From Gammaproteobacteria bacterium (GTDB taxonomy: Bacteria > Pseudomonadota > Gammaproteobacteria > Diplorickettsiales > Diplorickettsiaceae): a stretch of 42,108 nucleotides of DNA. The translations under genes were made by a program, and so were the position numbers. The stretch lies in the NCBI GenBank assembly GCA_013288455.1, contig JABDBU010000002.1, positions 1 to 42,108 of the forward strand, in the 5' to 3' direction. Positions 17,924 through 26,657 of the stretch are shown here, piece after piece. Numbering within the stretch: position 1 is the stretch's first letter; every line of letters starts with the position of its first letter. The notes under the pieces are model-generated. The model did not search any database and was not told where the DNA came from. It worked only from the letters and a program-made list of their open reading frames with translations.

Positions 17924-17974
17924 GTGTAAAAGTTTAGGCTAGAAGTGACAAATTTCTAGTCGAAATTTTTACAC
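17924..17974. other. two-tier imperfect hairpin (GTGTAAAA...CTAGAA-N9-TTCTAG...TTTTACAC) between the 513-aa ORF and the IS remnant
   Basis: Read directly: the outer 8-bp stem is 17924-17931/17967-17974 and the inner 6-bp stem is 17939-17944/17954-17959. It could be a terminator or an IS-end relic. There is no U-run. Confidence 0.3.
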
Positions 17975-18041
17975 TTTAGAGACAGAACCTAAGCACTTAT
18001 ACTGTTGTTGGGTCTAGTGTTGGGCTAGGTCTGGACAGATA

Positions 18042-18069
18042 CTGTATACAATCTTCTGTATACAATCTT
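18042..18069. repeat. perfect tandem duplication of 14 bp (CTGTATACAATCTT x2), each unit containing the palindrome TGTATACA
   Basis: Read directly: the units are 18042-18055 and 18056-18069. They lie in the non-homologous tail downstream of the transposase remnant. Confidence 0.8.
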
Positions 18070-18140
18070 CAGCACAAGAAATGGAATTCGTCTTAATGCC
18101 AGAAATGTGTGTACTGAAAAATCGAGTAACGGAATTTCAA

Positions 18141-18365
18141 TTAATAAAGTTAAAGCAAAGTGGCGTAGCCAGCTAACATGCTCAGGAGCGTAATCTTTGC
18201 GTATGCGAGAATCATCTTCTTTAAAGATAACATCTAAACTTCCAGTGTAAAGTATTTTCAATGCGCCAGTGGCGCCCGTATAGCGTGACCTATTCGCTCC
18301 GCATTCATAGGTAATGAACTGATGTAATAACGCTTTTCATGACTGATAGGGTAACCCTCTGTCGA
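18141..18365 (-). pseudogene. C-terminal remnant of an ISAs1-family (H-repeat/IS4-like) transposase, N-terminally truncated and carrying two frameshifts
   Basis: Three minus-strand frames read in succession EKRYYISSLPMNAERIGHAIR, then HWRIENTLHW, then SLDVIFKEDDSRIRKDYAPEHVSWLRHFALTLL. Joined, these reproduce the conserved ISAs1 C-terminal signature (E-x-RYYISS...R-x-HW-x-IEN-x-LHW-x-LDV-x-F-x-ED-x-SR-x-R...APEN...LR...AL-x-LL). No catalytic N-terminal part is present. Confidence 0.75.
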
Positions 18366-18452
18366 GCTTTTAATATTTTTTTTTGCTTAATATTTTTTTA
18401 AGTTTACAGGCGTATTGTTATAAAAGACTGTTCTAGAACAAGTCTATTTTTG

Positions 18453-18481
18453 AGAATTACAGAATTACAGAATTACAGAAT
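18453..18481. repeat. octanucleotide tandem repeat AGAATTAC x3 plus a partial fourth unit
   Basis: Read directly: the full units are 18453-60, 18461-68 and 18469-76, followed by AGAAT. Confidence 0.85.
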
Positions 18482-18894
18482 GAGGAAAAATATGCGTAGA
18501 ATAAAAAAATTTAATGTCACAAAAAAATGCAATATATATAGGGTAAAGAAAGTAAAATTTCTTTTGAAAAAAAGGCCGATAGATTCAACGATAATCCAGA
18601 AATATTTAAAGAAAATCTATTCTGATACAATGGTAGCAGACTACTCTTTTTCTTCAGCAAATAATAATTTATCTTAAAAATATTGATAGAGCCTGTACAC
18701 TACTGTTTTTTTATAAGCACGCGGAATCTCTTTAATATCATGGCAAGCGATGGAACGGACTTGCAGAAGCTTTTTTATCAAAAAAAGCGTGCGCGATACT
18801 CACCGCGGCTGACCGTATAATTTTAGTAAGAAAATTTTTGTGTTTTAGAATTTTATAGGGTGCCTTGTCTTGTAGGAAATGAAAGCAATTTAAA

Positions 18895-19536
18895 TCACTC
18901 CACTAAAAAATTGAAGTAGACGCTTTTATAAGGCTCATTCTTTAATGTGAAATGCCACCACTCTGTCTCTATCGGTAAAAAACCAAATTCCATCATTGTT
19001 GTCTGCAACAACATGCGGTTGTTAAATTGCGCTAGTGTAATCGTTCGACAAGCAGGATGAGATAATGGATCCATAAAATCAAAAGGGGTACCCATATCAA
19101 GCGGTTCACCGGTCAAAAGATCAACAAGCGTTACATCGATCGTACTACCGCGCGTATGGCCTGAGTGACGCGCAATGTAGTGAAGATCAAACAAATCCGC
19201 TTTATTAATTCTCGGATAATAGGCTTTTTTCATTTTTTGATCTTGTGGCTCTTGACTCCATTGAAAAAAATCCTCAACTGCCATTTGCGGCCTGTAAGCA
19301 TCGAAAACTCTTAGTCCAAAATTTTTTTTATACAGTATGCTTTGTACACCAAACAAAGCATTTGCTGCTGCCTTCGTTAACAAACAAACCGGTTTTTTGT
19401 AACCAACGATAGGGCGGCCTACAAAATTATCAGAAATGTAATACCGCACATCTTCTTGAATAGTTGGGACGTAGTCTTTTAAGTAAATAAACTCACTGGT
19501 TTTTTCTTGTTTTTGTTCGTCAGCATTGATATTCAT
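18895..19536 (-). CDS. D-alanyl-D-alanine dipeptidase (VanX/DdpX, peptidase M15D)
   Basis: AYRPQ..., SGHTRGSTIDVTLVD (the Zn-binding S-x-H-x-x-G-x-x-x-D block) and EWWHFTL (the catalytic E-W-W-H block) are present. There is no signal peptide. Confidence 0.85.
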   Translation of the reverse strand: MNINADEQKQEKTSEFIYLKDYVPTIQEDVRYYISDNFVGRPIVGYKKPVCLLTKAAANALFGVQSILYKKNFGLRVFDAYRPQMAVEDFFQWSQEPQDQKMKKAYYPRINKADLFDLHYIARHSGHTRGSTIDVTLVDLLTGEPLDMGTPFDFMDPLSHPACRTITLAQFNNRMLLQTTMMEFGFLPIETEWWHFTLKNEPYKSVYFNFLVE

Positions 19537-19652
19537 GATGCAAAAAAATTATACGCAGACTAAACAACGCAATGAAATTTGAAACATAACTTAAAGGCAT
19601 TTCTATGCTATCAATAGTCATTTTAGCGTACCATTTGTGCTCTGATCTGTCT

Positions 19653-19704
19653 ATACCGCTCGTACGTGAAGATGCGAATCTTTTTAACTCACAGCGAGCG
19701 GTAT
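19653..19704. repeat. perfect 10-bp inverted repeat ATACCGCTCG-N32-CGAGCGGTAT in the dipeptidase/SCPU divergent intergenic region
   Basis: Read directly: the arms are 19653-19662 and 19695-19704. Confidence 0.7.
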
Positions 19705-19855
19705 GCCTGATACATGACTGGCAAAAACAAAAAATAAAAATGCGATCATTAATTTCAGACGATCCAAATACATGAGCTGGCTATTATAGCAGGGATATAG
19801 TAGGCTTAAATTTAAAGATTTTTGTTAAATAAGGAAACGAATCAGTTCTCTGACA

Positions 19856-20380
19856 ATGGCTGCCATTGTACAGCAGGGAGGCGTTGTGTTTTCTTTATTA
19901 GGGAAGAGTGTTTTTCTCTTTTGCTTAGGATTTTGCACAAATCCGGCATTTGCAGCGATACTGACAACCAGTGTGCCAGTTTCTGTCGAAGTAATATCAG
20001 GTTGCACTATTACGGCAACTCCCTTAGTGTTTGGTGTCTACAGTCCTTATGCAGTGATCTCTACAAAAAGTATCTCTAGGCTACGAATACTTTGTACATT
20101 AAATACCCCTTATAACATAACTTTGGATCAAGGCAATGGAATATCCGCTGATACAAATCTGCGCACGATGTCCGGACCAGGAACTGCAACTATTTGTTAT
20201 ACACTATCGCAAAACCCGACGTGTACAATTAATTGGGGAAATACTATAGGGGTTGATACAGTGTTCGGTAAAGGAAGTGGAATACCAAAGTATTTAACCA
20301 TTTATGGTGAAATACCTGCTCAACAAAACGTCAGCACGGGGTCCTATAGTGATGTCGTGAACATTAACATTGTTTTTTAA
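19856..20380 (+). CDS. spore-coat-U (SCPU) domain secreted protein, Csu-type (archaic chaperone-usher) pilin-like subunit; no chaperone or usher gene adjacent
   Basis: Signal peptide ...CTNPAFA|A. VEVISGCTI...LVFG, ...ICYTLSQNP...WG and the C-terminal GSYSDVVNINIVF match the SCPU/CsuA-B pattern. GTG at 19886, 4 nt after GGGAGG, is the more likely start. Confidence 0.8.
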   Translation: MAAIVQQGGVVFSLLGKSVFLFCLGFCTNPAFAAILTTSVPVSVEVISGCTITATPLVFGVYSPYAVISTKSISRLRILCTLNTPYNITLDQGNGISADTNLRTMSGPGTATICYTLSQNPTCTINWGNTIGVDTVFGKGSGIPKYLTIYGEIPAQQNVSTGSYSDVVNINIVF

Positions 20381-20437
20381 AGGGCGCCTCATAAATTGCT
20401 ATTTCACTCTTATTTTTTTATAGAGACGCCCTGGAAG
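20378..20437. repeat. compact inverted pair of the dispersed repeat, forming a ~16-bp imperfect hairpin immediately after the SCPU stop codon
   Basis: The left arm TTAAAGGGCGCCTCATAAA (20378-20396) pairs with TTTATAGAGACGCCCT (about 20417-20432), with one bulge and one mismatch. Both arms resemble the AGGGC-CCTCTATA-AAATT core of the family. Confidence 0.6.
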
Positions 20438-20528
20438 CTCTTAACAGGAACCATCAAATGGCTTATTCGATCAGAATTGGACTGAATTTGCACAAAATAT
20501 GCTTGATGCCGCGCGTACCACTGTGTCT

Positions 20529-21131
<603 letters not shown>

Positions 21132-21527
21132 TTACCCAGAGAACGCATTTTTGACCCATTCTACTTGAGCAATGTAACGCTGGGAAGTATTAAGCCTGTG
21201 AAAGCAAGGTTTTGGCTTTGTGGTTCGTGAAACAGCGAAGACATCGAAACGATAGGAGAACATAGCGAATTGTGGAAAGTATTGCAGATAGTATTCGGCT
21301 GTTTTTATAAGCCTAGTCTGCTTAGTGAAATCAATTGTCTCTATGCCATTACCAAAATCAGAGTTTCGTCTATAACGAACCTCCACAAAAACTAAAATGT
21401 TTTGTTCTTGCATAATTAAGTCAATTTCGCCAAAACGGCACGTGTAGTTTCTAGTAATGAGAGAAAGACCCTGGCGTTTTAAATAATGATAGGCAAAATC
21501 TTCTGCTTCTTTCCCTAATTTTTGGGA
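21132..21527 (-). CDS. yraN: YraN family (UPF0102) endonuclease-like protein; start codon unresolved
   Basis: The track ORF (21132-21413) starts at an internal Met. Family-conserved sequence (SQKLGKEAEDFAYHYLKRQGLSLITRNYTCRFGEIDLIM) continues upstream in the same frame back to a stop at 21567-21569. That stretch contains no ATG, GTG or TTG. Confidence 0.7.
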   Translation of the reverse strand, partial: SQKLGKEAEDFAYHYLKRQGLSLITRNYTCRFGEIDLIMQEQNILVFVEVRYRRNSDFGNGIETIDFTKQTRLIKTAEYYLQYFPQFAMFSYRFDVFAVSRTTKPKPCFHRLNTSQRYIAQVEWVKNAFSG

Positions 21528-21541
21528 AGTAGTAGATACTA

Positions 21542-22696
21542 TTAATCCAGGAATGATACAGCTCCTTTACGAAATTGTGCACAAACCAACTTACGTACAA
21601 TGCGATGTTTATCATCTAATGTGAGTTGACCCGTTGCTCCAGGTAAAGCTTGTGCATGAAATTGATTAAGATTAGGTAGCTGTTGAACGATGTGAAAAGC
21701 ATCAACACCAAGGGCGTAGTACTTTCGATTACGCATAAAAAATCCAGCATCGCGCGCCTGTAGCTGCTGGTATAAAGAAGAATTGCTTATGCTTTTTTCT
21801 ATAGTCCACGGAGCACTACAAAAAATCACTCCATCGAGGTCATAATCTAAACGGCTAGAATTTGGCAAGCCGCTGTAGATTGCAGCGGTTGCATACACGG
21901 GAATGTCACCAGCGTAAAAGAATTTTAGCAAAGGCTTAACTTGTCGACCTGTCTGCGGATCGCTAGCTAGAAAAATTACATCAAAATCAGTTCGTCTGTT
22001 ATGTGGTGGTTTAAACTGAATAAATTCCCGAAGTTGCCGTGTCAATGCGGAGGTAGTGTGCGAAAGTGTCAAGCGATCGACCACTGTCCCAGTTAAACTG
22101 TTCCACTGATCGGCAAACGTTTGGCCTATTTGTGCACCCCAATTGCCGTCAGTAGTCATGATCAGCGCGGAACGACAACCACTCTGCCAAGCCTTGAGAG
22201 CTGCTTGCTTAGCTTCATCCAAGGGGGATAAGCCGAATTGGTATAATTCTGGAGGTGCACTAACATCTGAAGCTAAGTAGTTTAAAGTTAGCACTGAAGT
22301 ATGGAGTTCTAGACCTACTAAAGTTTGTACCTGTGCCTTTAGAAGTGGTCCTACCACAAATTGCGCATTTTTTTTAATCGCTTTGTTGTAGGCTACCTGA
22401 ATGGAAGGTTCTTTGGCCGTGTCAATGACAATAATGCGTGGTGGAGCTCCACTTGCTTGAGCAGAGGCCAAGAATCCTTGTTCCACAGCCCAACCGATAC
22501 TACCCAAAGGTCCTTGCAGTGGGATCAGCAAAGCGATAGTGTTTGGCGTAGCTGGAAAGGCGGTATGAGCCTTCGATAGTACGACGGGTGAGACGGGTCT
22601 GGGTAAATGCGCCGAATTTTGGCTGCACCCCACCAAAAAAGCAATGTTGGATAACAAAACAACCAAAAATGATAAATGCAAAAATAAAAAAGGCAC
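21542..22696 (-). CDS. lpoA: LpoA/LppC-family outer-membrane lipoprotein (penicillin-binding-protein activator), short form with only the periplasmic-binding-protein-like domain
   Basis: Lipobox FLVGCS. The position upstream of yraN-diaA is conserved with enterobacteria. At 384 aa it is much shorter than the E. coli protein as I recall it, so the N-terminal TPR-like domain seems absent. Confidence 0.7.
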   Translation of the reverse strand: MPFLFLHLSFLVVLLSNIAFLVGCSQNSAHLPRPVSPVVLSKAHTAFPATPNTIALLIPLQGPLGSIGWAVEQGFLASAQASGAPPRIIVIDTAKEPSIQVAYNKAIKKNAQFVVGPLLKAQVQTLVGLELHTSVLTLNYLASDVSAPPELYQFGLSPLDEAKQAALKAWQSGCRSALIMTTDGNWGAQIGQTFADQWNSLTGTVVDRLTLSHTTSALTRQLREFIQFKPPHNRRTDFDVIFLASDPQTGRQVKPLLKFFYAGDIPVYATAAIYSGLPNSSRLDYDLDGVIFCSAPWTIEKSISNSSLYQQLQARDAGFFMRNRKYYALGVDAFHIVQQLPNLNQFHAQALPGATGQLTLDDKHRIVRKLVCAQFRKGAVSFLD

Positions 22697-22808
22697 GTTG
22701 CTTCACAGTTCAAGATTTAAGTTACGCTACGCTTGCCGCAGCGCATGTGTTTCTCTATAGAGTAAAGCAATATTGTAGCCTGAGCTACTCTTGATAACAT
22801 TCTTTGCA

Positions 22809-23366
22809 ATGTCTAACTATTTTCCACCCGATGATGAAGATCTTGTTTTTTTTCATAAAGCAATGTCAGATGTTAGACGTCACAAAAGGCTTGGAGTGCA
22901 AAAATCTCAGAAACAGTCTCCATTAGCCGATCAGCCACCGAAATATGTGAAGAAAAAAGCAGCGCATCACGATATTTTCCTCTTTGATCCCGCAGAGCCA
23001 ACACTCGCTACAGAAGATGCATTATTTTTTAGGCGACAGGGTCCACAGAATAAATTAATCAGGAAGTTAGTGCGCGGTGAAATAAAGAGAACTGCTTACT
23101 TAGATTTGCATGGAATGACTATCGAACAAGCACGTGTAGCAGTGGAAAATTTTTTGCTAACAAATCAAAAAATGGGGGTTCGCTGTGTCAAAATCATCCA
23201 TGGAAAAGGCCTGTCGAGCAAAACTGAGCCAAAATTGAAAAATTATGTCAATCATTGGTTAAAGCAATTTTCAGAAGTGCTGGCCTTTGCTTCTGCACGA
23301 TCAAATGATGGAGGAACGGGCGCTGTGTACATATTATTGGCAAAATCAAAATTTTTGCCGAAATAG
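22809..23366 (+). CDS. smrB: Smr-domain endonuclease, SmrB-like
   Basis: LVRGEIKRTAYLDLHGMTIEQAR...VKIIHGKGLSS...GGTGAVYILL is the Smr domain. ATG at 22809 is preferred to the track's TTG at 22791. Confidence 0.8.
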   Translation: MSNYFPPDDEDLVFFHKAMSDVRRHKRLGVQKSQKQSPLADQPPKYVKKKAAHHDIFLFDPAEPTLATEDALFFRRQGPQNKLIRKLVRGEIKRTAYLDLHGMTIEQARVAVENFLLTNQKMGVRCVKIIHGKGLSSKTEPKLKNYVNHWLKQFSEVLAFASARSNDGGTGAVYILLAKSKFLPK

Positions 23367-23380
23367 CGTTTTCAAAGCAT

Positions 23381-23418
23381 TTGAAGCAAAATTTCTAATT
23401 TATAGAGGTGCCCTTCAG
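23381..23418 (+). repeat. solo copy of the dispersed intergenic repeat (TTGAAGCAAAATTTCTAATTTATAGAGGTGCCCTTCAG), 15 nt after the smrB stop
   Basis: It matches 31251-31288 with five substitutions out of 38 positions. It also matches the reverse complement of 16032-16066 over the core. Confidence 0.75.
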
Positions 23419-23477
23419 TAAAGGTTAAAAAAGAAAATGCCTGGTTTCAATAGGTGGTTTTTTTCATTGCATTTGAA

Positions 23478-25652
23478 TTAACCACGCGTAGATAATTTGG
23501 TAAAACTGGCGATTAGCCATTTAGTGCCAGATCGCTGAAATTTAATCTGTAATCTGGTGTGGTTTCCTTGTCCTTCTGCATCGATGATAGTACCATCACC
23601 AAACGTGTGGTGGGTAACCTGCTGTCCTAAACGTAACCCAGTATCTCCGATATTTTTTTGATCCTTGCTAGTGGTACGGATTGGCTTTAACTGAACAGGT
23701 CGTACTATCTGTGTCTTTAATCGCACAGCATCTAGGAGTTCTTTAGGAATTTCAAAAATAAAACGCGAAGGTCTGTGATGGCTTTCCATACCATGCAGAC
23801 GACGAATCTCCGCATAGGTTAAATAGAGTTTTTTCATAGCACGTGTCATGCCAACGTAACACAAGCGACGCTCTTCTTCCAAACGACCGGGTTCATCATG
23901 AGATAAATGATGTGGAAATAGACCTTCTTCCATACCGCATAAAAAAACCCATGGAAATTCCAACCCTTTGGCAGCATGTAATGTCATCAATTGTACACAT
24001 TTTTCTGTACTGTCACGTTGATGTTCGCCTGCTTCGAGCGTGACGTGTGCCAAAAACGCGGACAAAACAGAAACATTATCCACTTCAGGAACGAATTGAC
24101 GTGTGGCATTGAGTAATTCTTCAAGATTTTCGAGACGGGCTTGACCACGCTCACCCTTTTCCTTTTTGTAGTGTGTAAACAGAGCACTACTGTAAAGCAC
24201 TTGCTCTGTTTGTTCGAAAAGTGATAATGTTTTAGTCGCTTCGTCCATATGATCAATCAATTGCAAAAAAGCAGCTACAGCGCTGCGGGCACGGACAGAT
24301 AAAAGATTATTTTCCAAGGCTCGTTGTGAAGCTTCCCACAAGGAAAGGCTCCCATTTTTGGCCTCTGTGTGCAGAGTTTGTATGGTGATATTACTAATCC
24401 CTCGAGTTGGAGTATTGGCCACGCGCTCAAAAGCTTGATCATCGTGACGATTTACAATTAAGCGTAGATAGGCTAAGGCATCTTTAATTTCAGCTCGATC
24501 AAAAAAACGTAATCCACCATAGATACGATACGGAATTTGTGCACGAATCAATGCTTCTTCCAGCACACGTGATTGGGCATTAGAGCGGTACAAAACAGCA
24601 ATCTCATCTGCTTGCAATCCTTTTACGAGTCCTTTTGCAATTTGATCTACGACGAAACGCGCTTCATCAAGATCGTTAAAGGCACCATAAACCGATATCA
24701 GTTCGCCCTGGTTTCCGCTACTCCATAATTTTTTACCTAAACGACCGTTGTTGTTCGCGATCAGTGCATTTGCTGCGGCTAAAATAACGCGAGTAGAGCG
24801 ATAATTTTGTTCTAATCGAATTAATTGGTTGTTTGGAAAGTCATAAATAAAACGCTGAATGTTTTCTATTTTTGCACCGCGCCAACCATAAATAGACTGG
24901 TCATCGTCTCCAACCACCATAAAATGATTATGTCCGCTGTCAAGCAACTTTAACCAAGAATACTGGACTGTATTAGTATCTTGAATTTCATCAACCACGA
25001 TTTCTTTAAACAGTGTCCCATAATATTTTTGGATGTGTGGGTATTTTGTAAAAAGCTCACAGCTCCTTAAAATAATTTCAGCAAAATCGATGACACCGTT
25101 ACGAGCACAAACCTCTTCATAGGCCTGATAGATACGGATCAATGTTTTGTGATAGGGATCATTGACGTTGGCGACCTGGTGTGGCCGAATCGCTTCGTCT
25201 TTTTGTTGATTGATAAACAATTGAATCTTCTTTGGTGCCCACTGAGTTTCGTCTAAATTAAGGCTGGTAATAATGCGCCTCAGTATGCGATATTGGTCAT
25301 CACTGTCCAGGATCTGAAAGGTTTTTGGCAAACCGGCAGCCTCCCAATGTTGACGCAAGAGGCGATGTGCAAGACCGTGGAAAGTACCTACCCACATCAT
25401 TTTTGTTGGAATGTGTAAGAAATTTTCCAATCGATGACGCATCTCTGTAGCCGCCTTGTTGGTAAAAGTGACTGCTAGAATAGCCTCGGGAGAAATCTTC
25501 TCGACATCGATAAGCCAAGCAATACGATGGACCAATACACGCGTTTTTCCGCTGCCTGCACCTGCAAGCACAAGCAAATGACCTTGCGATGCAGAGACCA
25601 CTTTTCGCTGTGCCTCATTCAAAGAATCTAATAGCGGAGTATCACTATTCAT
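23478..25652 (-). CDS. uvrD: DNA helicase II UvrD
   Basis: 724 aa. SF1 motifs are present: AGAGSGKTRV, DEIQDTN, YRS, TLHAAKGLEF, VGMTRA. The UvrD-type C-terminal Tudor-like segment V-x-H-x-x-FG-x-G is also present. Confidence 0.93.
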   Translation of the reverse strand: MNSDTPLLDSLNEAQRKVVSASQGHLLVLAGAGSGKTRVLVHRIAWLIDVEKISPEAILAVTFTNKAATEMRHRLENFLHIPTKMMWVGTFHGLAHRLLRQHWEAAGLPKTFQILDSDDQYRILRRIITSLNLDETQWAPKKIQLFINQQKDEAIRPHQVANVNDPYHKTLIRIYQAYEEVCARNGVIDFAEIILRSCELFTKYPHIQKYYGTLFKEIVVDEIQDTNTVQYSWLKLLDSGHNHFMVVGDDDQSIYGWRGAKIENIQRFIYDFPNNQLIRLEQNYRSTRVILAAANALIANNNGRLGKKLWSSGNQGELISVYGAFNDLDEARFVVDQIAKGLVKGLQADEIAVLYRSNAQSRVLEEALIRAQIPYRIYGGLRFFDRAEIKDALAYLRLIVNRHDDQAFERVANTPTRGISNITIQTLHTEAKNGSLSLWEASQRALENNLLSVRARSAVAAFLQLIDHMDEATKTLSLFEQTEQVLYSSALFTHYKKEKGERGQARLENLEELLNATRQFVPEVDNVSVLSAFLAHVTLEAGEHQRDSTEKCVQLMTLHAAKGLEFPWVFLCGMEEGLFPHHLSHDEPGRLEEERRLCYVGMTRAMKKLYLTYAEIRRLHGMESHHRPSRFIFEIPKELLDAVRLKTQIVRPVQLKPIRTTSKDQKNIGDTGLRLGQQVTHHTFGDGTIIDAEGQGNHTRLQIKFQRSGTKWLIASFTKLSTRG

Positions 25653-25696
25653 AGCAAAGCATTGTAACGAACTTTTGCTTGGACTGCATGGTTGTT

Positions 25697-26620
25697 TTAT
25701 GTCGTATAGCGTTCGGAAGGTAGCATTTCATTGATGACGTGCCTTGCCCTGAGAAAGTGCATCAGCGCTTTGTAGCGCGTCTTATCAAACGAACAAGGAG
25801 CACGTGCCAGATAAGGTAAAGTGTTTTGCCAAATATTATGGTTTAATTCGTTGCTTAAAGTAGGATTATATTTAGAAAATAATTCCCAGCCTTTTTCCGG
25901 ATGCTGCAAAAGGTAATCGTTTGCTTTGCGCAATGCCGTCAAGAATTTTACTAAACGAGGATCCTTAATCTGGTGGCGATTCGTGATAATGACTAATTCG
26001 TCATAGAATGGCATAGCTGTTTCTACGGGAAATATTTTTACAGACTGACCAGTAAATTGCAACTGTACTGGCTCTACGTTACGCATTACATTGATAATGG
26101 CATCTACTCGTTTTGTCAGTAGTGCTTGCGTTAAATTGTATTGGACATTGATAGTTTGTACATCATGTAACGTCAATCCAGCCTGCTGCAGTAAAGCTTC
26201 TAAAGCCATTGTGCCATCAAGATGCGAGGTGTAGCCGATTCGTTTACCTCGTAGATCAGCAATATGGTGAATTCCACTATCATTTCTGACCAGTAAGCAA
26301 TTTAATGGGTGATCTATAAGTGTTGCTATTCGAATTAAGGGTAAACCTTTGATAATCTGCAGAATAAGCTGAGGTTGATAAGTAATGGCTAAATCAGCAT
26401 GACCTGCAGCAACAAGTTTAGGTCCGTCATCAGGATCACTCGCAGAGATGATGTTGACCTGTATCCCTTCTCGTGCAAAAAAACCTCCTTGTTCTGCAAC
26501 AATAACCGCCGCATGATCGGGGTTAATGAGCCAATCAAGAACCAATAGTAGCGGTTTTGCGCAAACGCCAATGGGGAAGAAAAACAATAGAAAAATAATG
26601 ACTGTTAATGTTTTGTTCAT
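25697..26620 (-). CDS. ABC transporter periplasmic substrate-binding protein, NMT1/THI5-like (ThiY-like pyrimidine-precursor binding family)
   Basis: Signal peptide MNKTLTVIIFLLFFFPIGVCA. LVLDWLINPDHAAVIVAEQGGFFAREGIQVNI...LVAAGHADLAITYQP matches the NMT1/THI5/ThiY pattern. The internal ATG at 26620 is preferred to the track start at 26695. Confidence 0.75.
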   Translation of the reverse strand: MNKTLTVIIFLLFFFPIGVCAKPLLLVLDWLINPDHAAVIVAEQGGFFAREGIQVNIISASDPDDGPKLVAAGHADLAITYQPQLILQIIKGLPLIRIATLIDHPLNCLLVRNDSGIHHIADLRGKRIGYTSHLDGTMALEALLQQAGLTLHDVQTINVQYNLTQALLTKRVDAIINVMRNVEPVQLQFTGQSVKIFPVETAMPFYDELVIITNRHQIKDPRLVKFLTALRKANDYLLQHPEKGWELFSKYNPTLSNELNHNIWQNTLPYLARAPCSFDKTRYKALMHFLRARHVINEMLPSERYTT

Positions 26621-26657
26621 TAACCCAAAAGCTGTGTGATTTTTTTTATTGTTTCGC

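Noticed and set aside
18042-18481. Short tandem repeats as a possible CRISPR array
   Set aside because: The units are 14 bp x2 and 8 bp x3.6 with no spacers. This is far from CRISPR repeat-spacer architecture, and no cas genes are present.
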